Assembly: GCA_050949045.1 (NCBI GenBank)
Contig: JBMNEZ010000001.1
Location: 1,248,001 to 1,312,000, forward strand
Reading direction: 5' to 3'
DNA: 64,000 nucleotides
Source of the DNA: Candidatus Izemoplasmatales bacterium
GTDB taxonomy: Bacteria; Bacillota_I; Bacilli_A; Izemoplasmatales; Hujiaoplasmataceae
How positions within the stretch are numbered: position 1 is the stretch's first letter; every line of letters starts with the position of its first letter. The notes under the pieces are model-generated. The model did not search any database and was not told the DNA's origin. It was given only the letters and a program-made list of their open reading frames with translations. Below are positions 31,810 to 44,678 of this stretch, piece after piece. The position numbers and the translations under genes were made by a program.

Positions 31810-33444
31810 ATGGAAAATGAGTCAAATTTCATCAAAACAATCATTGAGGAAGATCTCAAAAGCGGTTATGTGAAAAATGTCGTCACAAGGTTTCCTCCGG
31901 AGCCAAACGCTTATCTTCATATCGGGCATGCCCGGGCGATCATCACCAACTTTGAACTTGCCAGAATATTCAACGGCACAACTAACCTGCGATTTGATGA
32001 CACCAATCCCGTCAAGGAGGACGCCTCTTTTGTCGAAGCGATTAAAGAGGACATCAAATGGCTGGGATACAAGCCCGCTAATGTCTTTTTTGGTTCTGAT
32101 TACTTTGAAAAATCATATGAATTAGCGGTCAAATTGATCAGAAAAGGCCTTGCCTATGTTTGTGATCTATCCCAAGAGGAAATGAGTAAGTATCGAGGGA
32201 CATTGACCGAACCGGGAACTCCTTCGCCATATCGCAACCGCTCGATTGAGGAAAACTTGCGGCTGTTTACAGAGATGCGTCAGGGAAAATACGCTGACGG
32301 AGAAAAAACGTTAAGAGCCAAAATTGACATGTCGAGCCCGAACATCAATATGCGCGATCCTGTTATCTATCGCATCATCCACATTACACATCACAATACT
32401 GGCGACAAATGGTGTATCTATCCGATGTACGATTTCGCTCATCCGCTTCAAGATGCTTTCGAAGGAATCACACATTCGCTATGTTCTTTAGAATATGTCG
32501 ATCATCGTCCGCTGTACGACTGGTTCATCGAAAAATGCGAGACAGAACACGTCCCGCACCAATATGAGTTTGGACGTTTGAATATCACAAACACCATCAT
32601 GTCAAAACGATATTTGAAACAATTGGTCGAAGCTAAGGTGGTCAAGGGCTACGACGATCCGCGGATGCCGACATTGGCCGGACTCAGAAGAAGAGGCTAT
32701 TCTCCCGAAGCAATCAGAAATTTCATTCTTGGCACGGGATTGTCCCGCATCAATTCCACGGTTTCCAGTGAAATGCTTGAAAATTCACTTAGAAACGATC
32801 TTTTGGGAAAAACGAAACGAATGAATGCAATCATCGATCCGCTTAAGGTCACCATCACCAATTACGAGTCCAGCGAAGTTGAACCGATCAATGTTATTTG
32901 CAATCCTGATAATGAGCAATTAGGCGAAAGGACAATCTATTTCGGAAAACATCTTTATATTGAAAAAGCCGATTTTCTACCTAAAGCACCCAATAAACAA
33001 TGGCGTCGCCTGTCGCTTGGTTTGGAAGTTAGGTTGATGTTCGGCTACTTCATCAAATGCCACAACATCATTTATGATGATCAAGGAGAAGTGCTTGAAA
33101 TCGAATGTTCCTACGATCCCAAGACCAAATCGGGATCCGGATTCAACGAGCGCAAGCCAAACGGAACAATCCATTTTGTCGAGGCATCAACCGCTGTTAA
33201 AGCAAGATTCAATCTCTTTGATTCGTTATTGGTCGACGACGATTCCGACAGACCGCTCCTTGAAAGGCTAAATCCATTCTCCTGGGAGATTAAAGAGGGA
33301 TTTATCGAACCGGAACTAAAAAAAGCCGAACAGGGAGAAAGATTTCAATTCATCCGAAACGGTTACTATTTCGTGGATTACGACTCTACTCCGACAATGC
33401 CTATATTTAACCGCATTGTCGAGTTGAAATCGAGTTTCAAATGA
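31810..33444 (+). CDS. glnS: Glutamine--tRNA ligase
   Basis: TRFPPEPNAYLHIGH, WCIYPMYDFAH, MSKR, DDPRMPTL. Confidence 0.95.
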   Translation: MENESNFIKTIIEEDLKSGYVKNVVTRFPPEPNAYLHIGHARAIITNFELARIFNGTTNLRFDDTNPVKEDASFVEAIKEDIKWLGYKPANVFFGSDYFEKSYELAVKLIRKGLAYVCDLSQEEMSKYRGTLTEPGTPSPYRNRSIEENLRLFTEMRQGKYADGEKTLRAKIDMSSPNINMRDPVIYRIIHITHHNTGDKWCIYPMYDFAHPLQDAFEGITHSLCSLEYVDHRPLYDWFIEKCETEHVPHQYEFGRLNITNTIMSKRYLKQLVEAKVVKGYDDPRMPTLAGLRRRGYSPEAIRNFILGTGLSRINSTVSSEMLENSLRNDLLGKTKRMNAIIDPLKVTITNYESSEVEPINVICNPDNEQLGERTIYFGKHLYIEKADFLPKAPNKQWRRLSLGLEVRLMFGYFIKCHNIIYDDQGEVLEIECSYDPKTKSGSGFNERKPNGTIHFVEASTAVKARFNLFDSLLVDDDSDRPLLERLNPFSWEIKEGFIEPELKKAEQGERFQFIRNGYYFVDYDSTPTMPIFNRIVELKSSFK

Positions 33445-33686
33445 AAATCAGGAAACTGCTTGGCCTTGGTGGCTACTTCATAATTACAGCGATCGGCATT
33501 TTGGGAATCGTCATCAATTCTCTGGCGCTTTCCGGATCAGACCTTATCGATTTGGGGATGTCATCCTGGCAGACGATCTTTTTTCTAGTTGTTTTTTCGG
33601 TTGGAACCGCCATTGGAATCTACAACTTTATTAAAGGTGTTTCTCGTCTAATCAAAGATATCAACATCAATAAAGAAAACAAGTAA
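33441..33686 (+). CDS. Small two-TM hypothetical membrane protein
   Basis: ATGA overlap with the glnS stop; two hydrophobic segments; followed by a terminator. Confidence 0.65.
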   Translation: MKIRKLLGLGGYFIITAIGILGIVINSLALSGSDLIDLGMSSWQTIFFLVVFSVGTAIGIYNFIKGVSRLIKDININKENK

Positions 33687-33711
33687 AACCGACCATCATG
33701 GTCGGTTTTTT
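33685..33711 (+). terminator. Intrinsic terminator
   Basis: aaaaccgacca-tca-tggtcggtttt followed by further Ts. Confidence 0.75.
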
Positions 33712-33778
33712 AGCCCATAATATTCGCAGAAAAAAGCCCTTTATTCATGGTATAATATCTATATATAAAGGTGATATC

Positions 33779-35968
33779 ATGGGCAATGCAATTCTTGAAC
33801 AATTGAATCCCCAACAAATAGAAGCTGTTAGAAAAGTATCCGGACCGATCATGGCCGTTGCCGGAGCCGGTTCGGGAAAGACCAGAGTTCTAACCAATCG
33901 GATTGCTTATCTAATTAAGGAGGTCGGCGTTCCGGCAGAAAACATTCTTGCGATCACTTTCACCAACAGAGCCGCCGAAGAGATGCGAAACCGCATCTTC
34001 AACCTGATTGATTTACCTCTCAAAGGGATCTGGATTTCCACCTTTCATGCCTTGGGAGCCAAAATACTCCGTAGGGAAATCAAACGTCTCGATTACACGG
34101 AGAACTTTCAGATCGTCGATGACGATGACGTAATCGTCATCGTCAAGAGATTGCTTAAGGAATCCGGATATGAAACGAAATACTATTCGCCAAAAGCAAT
34201 CGCCGGCATGATTGAAAAAATCAAAGGCGACGAGGCTTTGATTGAGATTGTCCAACCGCCACTAAATATGATCGTGAAGGAAATGTATCCCCTTTATTGC
34301 AATTATCTTAAGAAAAACAATCTCGTTGATTTTGAAGATTTATTGGTCTTACCACTGAAACTCTTCAATGAGTTTCCCGATGTTCTCGCAAAATATCAAA
34401 AACAGTTCCAGTATGTTTTAGTAGATGAATTCCAAGACACCAACGATATGCAATATGATTTGATTTATCTGCTTGCAAAAGAACATAAGAATTTGTTCAT
34501 CGTTGGGGACGAGGATCAAAGCATCTATGCCTTTCGGGGATCAAATATCGATAATATCAGAAAATTCATGCGTGATTTTCCCGATCATCACAAAGTAGTT
34601 CTCAATCAGAATTATCGATCCAAAACCAATATTCTTGAAGCAGCCAATTCTCTTATCCGCAACAACCGCAACCGGGTACCTAAGGATTTGTTCAGCGAAC
34701 TCGGAACCGGAGAAAAGGTGATTCACTTTCGCGCACAGAACGATGAAGAGGAAGCTTACTACATCTTCAACAAAATCAAAATGTTGCGCAAAAACGGATT
34801 CAACTATAATGATTTCACTATCTTGTATCGCAATAATGCCATGAGCAGACGCTTCGAGGATGTTCTTTTACGTTACAATATACCTTATAAGGTCATTGGC
34901 AACGTATCGTTCTACAAACGAAAGGAAATCAAGGATATCGTTGCTTACTTGCGTTTGCTTGTCGATCCGGGAGACGACCCAGCTTTGATCAGAATATATA
35001 ACGAACCTAGGCGTGGAATCGGAGCTCTCACATTTGACAAAATTATTTCTGAGGCTGAAAAAAGAAATCTTAAATTGTTCGATATAATCGACGAATCAAT
35101 TCCCCAGGTGAGCGAAAAAGCACTGGAAAAATTAAGAAAATTAAAACAGAATCTATCTTTGATTCGCAAGGACATCGAGAGTGTCAACCTGCTCAAAACT
35201 TATGACCGGGTTCTTGAAGACAGTGGCTATCTAGGAATGCTCAAACAGGAAGACTTATCGATCGAGAAAAAACTGGATGCGGAAAAAAGGGTCGATAATC
35301 TTAGAGAATTCAAGACAATTATCTTAGAAAAAATCAAGGACTACGATCCGGGAATCTCAAATCTTGAGAAGTTGATCAATATTTTAACAGACATGGCACT
35401 AAGGGAAGAAGCAGATGAATACAATGAGAAAGAAGATTATGTCAGTTTAATGACTGCTCATTGTGCCAAAGGAACCGAGTTCAGGGTCGTTTTCGTAACC
35501 TGTCTTGAACAAGGGTTGTTTCCCTCAAGTCAGAGTCTACTCGAACGATTTGATGTCGAAGAGGAGAGAAGACTGTTTTATGTGGCGCTTACTAGGGCCA
35601 AGGATATGGTGTTTCTCACGAGTGCCGGTCAAAGATTCATATACGGACGTATCCAGGAAAATCCGGATTCACAATTCATCGATGAGATTGATGAATTATA
35701 TTTGGAGCGCCTAGGCCAAGCAAAAAAGAGCAAAGCTACGAGAGAACCCGTCCGCAATCGTCGTAAAAGCAATATTATCCTTGACATAACTCCAGATTAC
35801 GAGTCTGTTAATCTCAAACTTGAGATTGGGGACCGCATCAACCATAAAACGTTTGGAAATGGCGTTGTTGTCGCAATTACCAACGACAAAGCGACCATTG
35901 CCTTCAGCAAGGAACATGGTATTAAAACCTTGATGAAAGACCATCCAAGCATCAAAAAAACGAGGTAG
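33779..35968 (+). CDS. pcrA: ATP-dependent DNA helicase PcrA
   Basis: AGAGSGKTRVL, VDEFQDTN, VGDEDQSIYAFRG, EEERRLFYVALTRA. Start placed at MGNAILE. Confidence 0.95.
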   Translation: MGNAILEQLNPQQIEAVRKVSGPIMAVAGAGSGKTRVLTNRIAYLIKEVGVPAENILAITFTNRAAEEMRNRIFNLIDLPLKGIWISTFHALGAKILRREIKRLDYTENFQIVDDDDVIVIVKRLLKESGYETKYYSPKAIAGMIEKIKGDEALIEIVQPPLNMIVKEMYPLYCNYLKKNNLVDFEDLLVLPLKLFNEFPDVLAKYQKQFQYVLVDEFQDTNDMQYDLIYLLAKEHKNLFIVGDEDQSIYAFRGSNIDNIRKFMRDFPDHHKVVLNQNYRSKTNILEAANSLIRNNRNRVPKDLFSELGTGEKVIHFRAQNDEEEAYYIFNKIKMLRKNGFNYNDFTILYRNNAMSRRFEDVLLRYNIPYKVIGNVSFYKRKEIKDIVAYLRLLVDPGDDPALIRIYNEPRRGIGALTFDKIISEAEKRNLKLFDIIDESIPQVSEKALEKLRKLKQNLSLIRKDIESVNLLKTYDRVLEDSGYLGMLKQEDLSIEKKLDAEKRVDNLREFKTIILEKIKDYDPGISNLEKLINILTDMALREEADEYNEKEDYVSLMTAHCAKGTEFRVVFVTCLEQGLFPSSQSLLERFDVEEERRLFYVALTRAKDMVFLTSAGQRFIYGRIQENPDSQFIDEIDELYLERLGQAKKSKATREPVRNRRKSNIILDITPDYESVNLKLEIGDRINHKTFGNGVVVAITNDKATIAFSKEHGIKTLMKDHPSIKKTR

Positions 35969-37966
<1,998 letters not shown>

Positions 37967-37986
37967 TACCGAAGGGAAGTTTTATT

Positions 37987-40821
37987 GTGGACGACAAGAT
38001 CGTCATCAAAGGCGCAAGGGAAAACAATCTGAAATCTGTTTCTTTGACCATACCAAAAAACCAATTGATCGTCATGACAGGCCTCTCCGGGTCTGGAAAG
38101 ACCAGCTTGGCTTTCGATACAATCTATGAAGAGGGCAGAAGGCGTTACATTGAATCCTTAAGCGCGTATGTTCGCCAGTTTCTTGGTAATATGGAAAAAC
38201 CCGACGTTGATTCCATCGAAGGGCTTTCACCGGCGATTTCGATCGATCAGAAGACGACATCGCATAACCCTCGTTCGACCGTGGGAACCGTTACGGAGAT
38301 CTATGATTATATCAGATTGCTTTATGCTCGGATCGGAAGGGCGTATTGTCCCGTACACGGAATAGAGATCGCCTCTCAGTCGATCCAAGAAATGGCCAAC
38401 CGGATCATGGAACGAAAACAGGCAAAAGTTTTCATTATGGCTCCGGTAGTTCGCGATAAAAAAGGAATGCATGAAAAACTGCTTGAAGATTTGCGCAGAG
38501 AGGGTTATGCCCGCATCAGAATCAACGGAAACGACCACGAACTTGACGAGGATATATTGCTTGAAAAAAACAAGAGGGTCGACATCGATGTTGTGATCGA
38601 CAGAATTGTCGTTAAAGATGAAACCCGCTCGAGACTCTATGATTCCCTTGAAACGGCTGCCAGATTAGCCAAAGGCTTGGTCAAGGTGGAAATTGATGGC
38701 AAGGAACATCTTTTCAGCGAACATTTCTCTTGCCCGGAATGCGGCTTCACGATCAGTTCGCTCGAACCTCGGCTGTTTTCTTTCAATGCGCCCTATGGAG
38801 CTTGTGACGAATGTCTTGGCCTCGGCTTCAAACGCAAGATCGATCCCAAAAGAATGATCCCAAATCCAGAAAAATCAATCCTCGGCGGCGCACTCGACAA
38901 ATATGCCAATTACGAGTCGATCTATCTCCAACAAGTTATTCAGGCATGCAAGGCCTATGGTATCGATGTTGAAAAGCCGTTCAAAGACTTGAGCGAGAGC
39001 GAGCAGGACGTCATTTTCTATGGGACCGTTGATCCGGTTGAATTCCGTATTAAAACCAGGACGGGATCAATGCAACACCGGTTCATCAAACCGTTTGAAG
39101 GAGTCATCAACAGCCTTGAGAGACGATATTTGGAGACAACCTCGAGAATGATTCGTGACTGGATCGAAACGATGATGAACGATATTCCCTGTGAAAAATG
39201 TCGCGGTACCAAACTCAACGAACAGGCTTTGTCGGTTAAAGTCGGTGGCATAAATATCCATGAACTAACCTCACTCAGCGTCGTCAAACTTAATATTTTT
39301 TTGGACAATCTCAAATTGACAGACAAGGAATACGAAATCGCAAGAACGATTCTAAAAGAAATCAAGGATCGGCTTGGATTCCTTATCAATGTCGGACTCG
39401 ACTATCTGACTCTGGGGAGGTCATCGACCACTTTGTCCGGAGGAGAAGCGCAAAGAATCAGGCTCGCCACCCAGATCGGTTCGCAGTTGACCGGAGTCCT
39501 ATACGTGCTCGACGAGCCATCCATCGGCCTCCATCAAAGAGATAATCATCGCCTTATTAACGCTCTCAAAGACATGCGTGATATCGGTAATACGATGATT
39601 GTCGTCGAGCACGACATGGAAATAATCAGGTCTTCTGATTTTGTAGTTGACATGGGGCCTGGAGCCGGCGAGCACGGCGGCGAAGTTATCTACGCGGGCT
39701 CACCCGAAAAAATCAGCGAATGTGAAGCATCGATAACCGGGAAATATCTTTCTGGGAAACTTGCCATCAAGATTCCTTCCAAGAGAAGAGCCCATGAACG
39801 TGGATACTTGCGGATAAAAGGAGCGACTCAAAACAACCTCAAGGCGATAGATGTTGATTTCCCAATTGGCTGTTTTTCCGTTGTGACCGGAGTTTCGGGA
39901 TCGGGTAAATCCAGCCTTGTCAATGAGGTTTTATACAAGAATATGGTGAACCTGATCACAAGAAGAAGCGAAACCGCGGGGTCATGTTCAGGAATCGAAG
40001 GATTCGAGCAATTCGACAAGATCATCAATATCGATCAATCCGCAATCGGCAGAACTCCAAGAAGCAACCCTGCCACCTATACCGGTGTCTTTGACGATAT
40101 AAGGGATTTATTTTCAAGCACAAAGGAAGCGCGGATACGCGGATACAACAAAGGGCGTTTTTCCTTCAATGTCAAAGGCGGTCGCTGCGAGCACTGCATG
40201 GGAGACGGAGTCATCAAGATCGAAATGCATTTCATGCCCGACATCTATGTCGAATGTGAGGAATGCCATGGCAAACGCTATAACCAGGAAACGCTGGAGA
40301 TCAAATACAAAGGCAAGACAATCGCCGATATTTTGGACATGTATGTCGAAGATGCGGTTGAGTTCTTCCGAAACATTCCTAAAATACACAATCGTTTAAA
40401 GACAATCAATGATGTTGGGCTCGGCTACATCAAACTCGGCCAATCGTCGACAACTCTTTCAGGAGGAGAAGCCCAACGGGTCAAGCTTGCGAGTGAACTG
40501 TATAGGCGGATTACCGACAAATCACTGTATATTTTGGATGAGCCGACCACCGGATTACACAGCCACGATATCGTGAATTTGCTCGATGTTTTGCAAAAAA
40601 TTGTTGACAAAGGAGCTACCGTGATCGTCATTGAGCATAATCTTGATGTCATCAAAGTCGCCGATCATGTCATTGATCTCGGTCCTGAAGGCGGAGATTC
40701 TGGCGGTGAGGTGTTGATTGTCGGCACCCCTGAAGCGGTCTCAGAGTGTAAGGCAAGTTATACCGGCCAATACTTACGTCCGGTTCTTAGAAATATTGAT
40801 TCCAATTTACTTGAAGAATAA
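37987..40821 (+). CDS. uvrA: Excinuclease ABC subunit A
   Basis: Two ABC cassettes (GLSGSGKTS, GVSGSGKSS), LSGGEAQR twice, zinc fingers. Confidence 0.98.
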   Translation: MDDKIVIKGARENNLKSVSLTIPKNQLIVMTGLSGSGKTSLAFDTIYEEGRRRYIESLSAYVRQFLGNMEKPDVDSIEGLSPAISIDQKTTSHNPRSTVGTVTEIYDYIRLLYARIGRAYCPVHGIEIASQSIQEMANRIMERKQAKVFIMAPVVRDKKGMHEKLLEDLRREGYARIRINGNDHELDEDILLEKNKRVDIDVVIDRIVVKDETRSRLYDSLETAARLAKGLVKVEIDGKEHLFSEHFSCPECGFTISSLEPRLFSFNAPYGACDECLGLGFKRKIDPKRMIPNPEKSILGGALDKYANYESIYLQQVIQACKAYGIDVEKPFKDLSESEQDVIFYGTVDPVEFRIKTRTGSMQHRFIKPFEGVINSLERRYLETTSRMIRDWIETMMNDIPCEKCRGTKLNEQALSVKVGGINIHELTSLSVVKLNIFLDNLKLTDKEYEIARTILKEIKDRLGFLINVGLDYLTLGRSSTTLSGGEAQRIRLATQIGSQLTGVLYVLDEPSIGLHQRDNHRLINALKDMRDIGNTMIVVEHDMEIIRSSDFVVDMGPGAGEHGGEVIYAGSPEKISECEASITGKYLSGKLAIKIPSKRRAHERGYLRIKGATQNNLKAIDVDFPIGCFSVVTGVSGSGKSSLVNEVLYKNMVNLITRRSETAGSCSGIEGFEQFDKIINIDQSAIGRTPRSNPATYTGVFDDIRDLFSSTKEARIRGYNKGRFSFNVKGGRCEHCMGDGVIKIEMHFMPDIYVECEECHGKRYNQETLEIKYKGKTIADILDMYVEDAVEFFRNIPKIHNRLKTINDVGLGYIKLGQSSTTLSGGEAQRVKLASELYRRITDKSLYILDEPTTGLHSHDIVNLLDVLQKIVDKGATVIVIEHNLDVIKVADHVIDLGPEGGDSGGEVLIVGTPEAVSECKASYTGQYLRPVLRNIDSNLLEE

Positions 40822-40884
40822 CTCGAAAATCCTGTTTTGATGTGATATTATAGATAAGGCCCTCCATAACAACGGCGTCGGGCG

Positions 40885-41454
40885 GTGAAAAACATGGATG
40901 ACAAAGACAACAAAGACTTGCGTAAAGAAATCGAAGAACTCGAGAAATTGATTGAAATCGTCAAGGAAAAACACAAAGAAGAGAAGAAGGATTTCAAGCA
41001 AAGCGAAAGAAAACTGAGCGGTGCGATCAGAATCGATTTGGCAACCAAATATTCTTCCAATCCAGTAATTAACATCATCACCAGCCTACTCATGAACTTC
41101 ATTCTCATCTACGCGATCAATAGGCTTTTTGGTTTTGCGGAAATCAGATATGATTATCTCTATGTTGTCATCAGTCTGGCATTCACTTTATATGAAGAAT
41201 TGTATAAGGAAATTTTAATTAGACGTTTTTTTAAATTGGTGATCTATTCATCGGGACTGATTTTCTTCTTTATGAATGTTGTTTTCTTTTATATGATCGA
41301 TCTTTTGGTTTTTAAGATGTTTTTCTCATTCCTGAACGCTTTCTATCCGCTTTTGTTTGCGGCGACATTCGGAATAATCAGATTGATTGTCAAAAACATC
41401 TATCTGTTCTTTATTAGAAAAATCACGGTTATCACATCTAAAAAAAGATCTTAG
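40885..41454 (+). CDS. Membrane protein, YvlD/phage-holin-family-like, with charged N-terminal coiled coil
   Basis: About 4 TM helices with ..SSGLIFFFMN.. resembling the YvlD/DUF360 TLGLF..viN motif; sits before hprK as in Bacilli. Confidence 0.5.
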   Translation: MKNMDDKDNKDLRKEIEELEKLIEIVKEKHKEEKKDFKQSERKLSGAIRIDLATKYSSNPVINIITSLLMNFILIYAINRLFGFAEIRYDYLYVVISLAFTLYEELYKEILIRRFFKLVIYSSGLIFFFMNVVFFYMIDLLVFKMFFSFLNAFYPLLFAATFGIIRLIVKNIYLFFIRKITVITSKKRS

Positions 41455-41464
41455 GGGTGATCCT

Positions 41465-42412
41465 TTGTCCAGATATTTGACGGTTGAACAAGTCATCAAG
41501 GGCTTGTCACTGGAGGTTCTTTCCGGCCGCAAGGGTATTATGAGAAAAGTAACCAAACAATCACTGTCCAAACCGGGTATTGAACTCGCTGGGATGTTTG
41601 ATTACTACGAACACGACCGTATCCAGGTCCTCGGATCGAAAGAAGAGGCTTTTTTCCGTTCTCTTTCTTTGAATGAAAAAAAAGAAAGGGTCAGAATGCT
41701 ATTTCAAAAAGAGCCTCCGGCATTCGTCTTTTCCAAAAATGTCCATATCCCCAAACTATTTCTTGATCTTGGCGATGAATTTGGGATCCCCGTTCTCAGA
41801 AGCAACTATCAGACATCCTCGCTGTTCAGCGAGTTGTTTGCTTTTCTCCAAGCCAGACTGGCGGAAAGAATCTCGCTTCATGGCGTTTTGATGGACATCA
41901 ACGGTGTTGGCGTCTTAATCACTGGTAAATCGGGGCTTGGGAAAAGCGAGGTTGCCCTCGAATTGATCAGGCGCGGCTATATGCTTGTCGCCGACGATAT
42001 GGTGGAAATTTTTCAGTTGGAAAAGGGAATGCTGATAGGGGAAGCTCCCGAACTGTTGAAGAAGTATCTTGAAATTCGTGGAATTGGCATTGTCAATGTT
42101 ATCTATTTATTCGGGGCCAAAGCCTATCGCGAGAGCAAACGGATTTCACTTTTCGTTGAACTGGAAAAATGGGAAGGCAATGGGAATTTTGACCGTTTGG
42201 GACTGATTGCCGGAAAACACAAGATCTTTGATACGGAAATTGCATCGGTTAAATTGCCGATAACAGAAGCGCGAAACACGGCTACGCTTGTCGAAGCGGC
42301 CGCATATGATTACAAAGCCAAGCGCCTTGGCTACCATTCAGGCGAAGATTTCAATAAAGAATTGAACTGTCAAATCATAAACAATCAGAAGCAGAGCGAG
42401 GATGACGAATGA
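41465..42412 (+). CDS. hprK: HPr kinase/phosphorylase
   Basis: PGIELAG, HGVLMDI, GKSGLGKSE, LVADD, EIRGIGI. TTG start follows AGGGGTGA. Confidence 0.95.
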   Translation: MSRYLTVEQVIKGLSLEVLSGRKGIMRKVTKQSLSKPGIELAGMFDYYEHDRIQVLGSKEEAFFRSLSLNEKKERVRMLFQKEPPAFVFSKNVHIPKLFLDLGDEFGIPVLRSNYQTSSLFSELFAFLQARLAERISLHGVLMDINGVGVLITGKSGLGKSEVALELIRRGYMLVADDMVEIFQLEKGMLIGEAPELLKKYLEIRGIGIVNVIYLFGAKAYRESKRISLFVELEKWEGNGNFDRLGLIAGKHKIFDTEIASVKLPITEARNTATLVEAAAYDYKAKRLGYHSGEDFNKELNCQIINNQKQSEDDE

Positions 42413-43650
42413 AAAAAAGACAAAAACTGATGTTAGTCATCATGTTGCTTGGCATGATGGGCTTTTTTTGTGCTTGTGGAAACAACGAGGCGCCAGACAC
42501 CTTCACGGTTTCCTTTGTCGATTACGACGGCACTGTCCTCAAGGAAATCAACTGCAACGCCGACGAGGTTTGTGTGATTGCCCCTCCCGCCGAACCAGAC
42601 AACAAGGAAAACTGTTATTTTACAAGATGGAGCGTTTGGGAGTCGGAGTATAAAAACATTGATCGCGATACGACAATCAAGGCAATCTACACCCTTGACA
42701 ACCGGGTGGTCACGATTTTTGGCAGATCGATTGTTTTTTACTCTTTCTTCATCATGACTGGGATTGTTATAGCAATCTTTTTAAGCCTTAAGGAAGTCAA
42801 AAGGCACGGGATGAAACAAGATGATTTGATGGATGGAGTTTTGTGGATCGTACCGGTTGCGATTTTGGGGTCAAGGCTGTGGTACGTCGCTTTTGAATGG
42901 GATTCATTTGCCGGAGGGGGCTTTGGGCCAACGCTTTTGAGAATTCTTGGTTTTTCAAGCGGGACTCTTGACTTCTCCAGTTTCGGGCTGTCGGGTCTCG
43001 CGATCCATGGGGCTTTTTTCACTGCGATCGTATGTGCGTTCATCCATACAAAAATTAGAAAAATTGATTTTTTAACGATCCTTGACATTGTCGCCGTCGG
43101 CTTCATCGTCGCTCAAACTATCGGTAGATGGGGGAATTTCTTCAATCAGGAAGCTCATGGCAATCTGGTCGGCGGCATAACTAACGGCGTCGCCAACTTG
43201 ACGCTCGAACAGCAGTACCATCATTTGCGTCATGTTCTTCACTTGCCCGAATTCGTCGTCAACAACATGTATATTAAAGCCGGCTTTCACGGATTCGACG
43301 TCGCTCCCTTGACGGGTTTTTACCATCCGACCTTCTTCTATGAGTCGATGCTCAATCTTGTTGGGTTTTCGCTTATGCTGATTCTTCGAAGAATCAAAAA
43401 AGTCCAGATCGGCGAGATTTTTGCCTTTTATCTCATTTGGTACGGCGGAATCAGAATCTTTATTGAAACAATGCGAACCGATCCATTGACGTTCGAACTC
43501 TTCGGGATGACCTTTAAGTCGGCGATCGTCACTTCTTCGTTGATGATTCTTGGCGGTATTTTAATCTCCCTTTATGTCAGAATCAAAAGAAAAGAAAAAA
43601 ACTATGGCACGATTCCCGGATGCTTTCGCAGTAAAAAAAAGCTAACATAA
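42409..43650 (+). CDS. lgt: Prolipoprotein diacylglyceryl transferase with an N-terminal lipoprotein-type signal and extra domain
   Basis: GLAIHG, IGRWGNFFNQEAHG, HPTFFYES; about 95 extra N-terminal residues. Confidence 0.92.
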   Translation: MKKRQKLMLVIMLLGMMGFFCACGNNEAPDTFTVSFVDYDGTVLKEINCNADEVCVIAPPAEPDNKENCYFTRWSVWESEYKNIDRDTTIKAIYTLDNRVVTIFGRSIVFYSFFIMTGIVIAIFLSLKEVKRHGMKQDDLMDGVLWIVPVAILGSRLWYVAFEWDSFAGGGFGPTLLRILGFSSGTLDFSSFGLSGLAIHGAFFTAIVCAFIHTKIRKIDFLTILDIVAVGFIVAQTIGRWGNFFNQEAHGNLVGGITNGVANLTLEQQYHHLRHVLHLPEFVVNNMYIKAGFHGFDVAPLTGFYHPTFFYESMLNLVGFSLMLILRRIKKVQIGEIFAFYLIWYGGIRIFIETMRTDPLTFELFGMTFKSAIVTSSLMILGGILISLYVRIKRKEKNYGTIPGCFRSKKKLT

Positions 43651-43724
43651 AAACAGATTACTTGATAATAAACATCACTGGCGATCAAGTAATTAAGCAA
43701 TCAAGCAATAACGGAGTGATATCA

Positions 43725-44678
43725 ATGTCATTTTCAACAGACGTCAAAACTGAACTGGCAAGTTTGAACCATATCGATTGTTGTAATCGGGCCGAACTGT
43801 CGGCGATGTATGCGATCGGTGGATCAATTGAAATCAGTAAAGAAAGCGTCAGCTTGCAGTTTCAAAGCACGAATCTTGCAGTTGTCCGCAAATTGATGAA
43901 ACTCACTAAAACTCTTTTCAATATCGATATGACCCTCATCAGCCAAAAACAGGCGAAACTTCAAAAACACAATATGTATCATGTCAAGATCACCACAGAT
44001 GTCGAGAAAATCATCACTGAACTGGCGTTGATCAGTCCTGACGGCGTCTTCTTCCAGCATCTTGATCCAATGATTGTTAAAAACGATTGTTGCAAGAAAG
44101 CCTACCTTCGCGGTGTTTTTCTTGCGGGTGGCTCGATGAACAGTCCGGAAACGCCAACCTATCATCTGGAAATCCAAACGTTTTCGAAAGAGTTGGCTGA
44201 GGCGATTGCCGACTTGGCAAATCACTACAAATTGAAAGCAAAGACCGCAAAAAACAGACGCGGCCAAATCGTCTATTTAAAAGAAGCGGAACGGATCGCC
44301 GATTTTTTGCGGGTGATTGATGCGACGAACTCGCTCTTTGTCTATGAGGACTCCCGAATCAAACGCGATTTCAAAAACTCAATCAACCGGGTGATCAACT
44401 GCGATATCGCCAATGAAAAAAAAGCGCTGGCTGCCGCTATGAGACAACTTGAACAAATTGAAATCATTGAAAAACACTTTCGAAACCAAATTCCAAAAAG
44501 TATGCGCGAAGCCATCTTTCTCAGAAAAAAGTATCCAGAATCGACTTTGCTGGAACTAAGCTATGCTTCAAAAGAGCATTTTTCCGAACCAATCTCCAAA
44601 TCCGCTCTCAATCATCGCTTTCGAGCGATGAAGGATCTTGCCGGAAAACTGATGATCGAGGGCGAACGCCATGATTAG
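43725..44678 (+). CDS. whiA: DNA-binding protein WhiA
   Basis: MSFSTDVKTEL, YLRGVFLAGGS..P...YHLE, NRVINCDIAN, SKSALNHR. Confidence 0.93.
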   Translation: MSFSTDVKTELASLNHIDCCNRAELSAMYAIGGSIEISKESVSLQFQSTNLAVVRKLMKLTKTLFNIDMTLISQKQAKLQKHNMYHVKITTDVEKIITELALISPDGVFFQHLDPMIVKNDCCKKAYLRGVFLAGGSMNSPETPTYHLEIQTFSKELAEAIADLANHYKLKAKTAKNRRGQIVYLKEAERIADFLRVIDATNSLFVYEDSRIKRDFKNSINRVINCDIANEKKALAAAMRQLEQIEIIEKHFRNQIPKSMREAIFLRKKYPESTLLELSYASKEHFSEPISKSALNHRFRAMKDLAGKLMIEGERHD

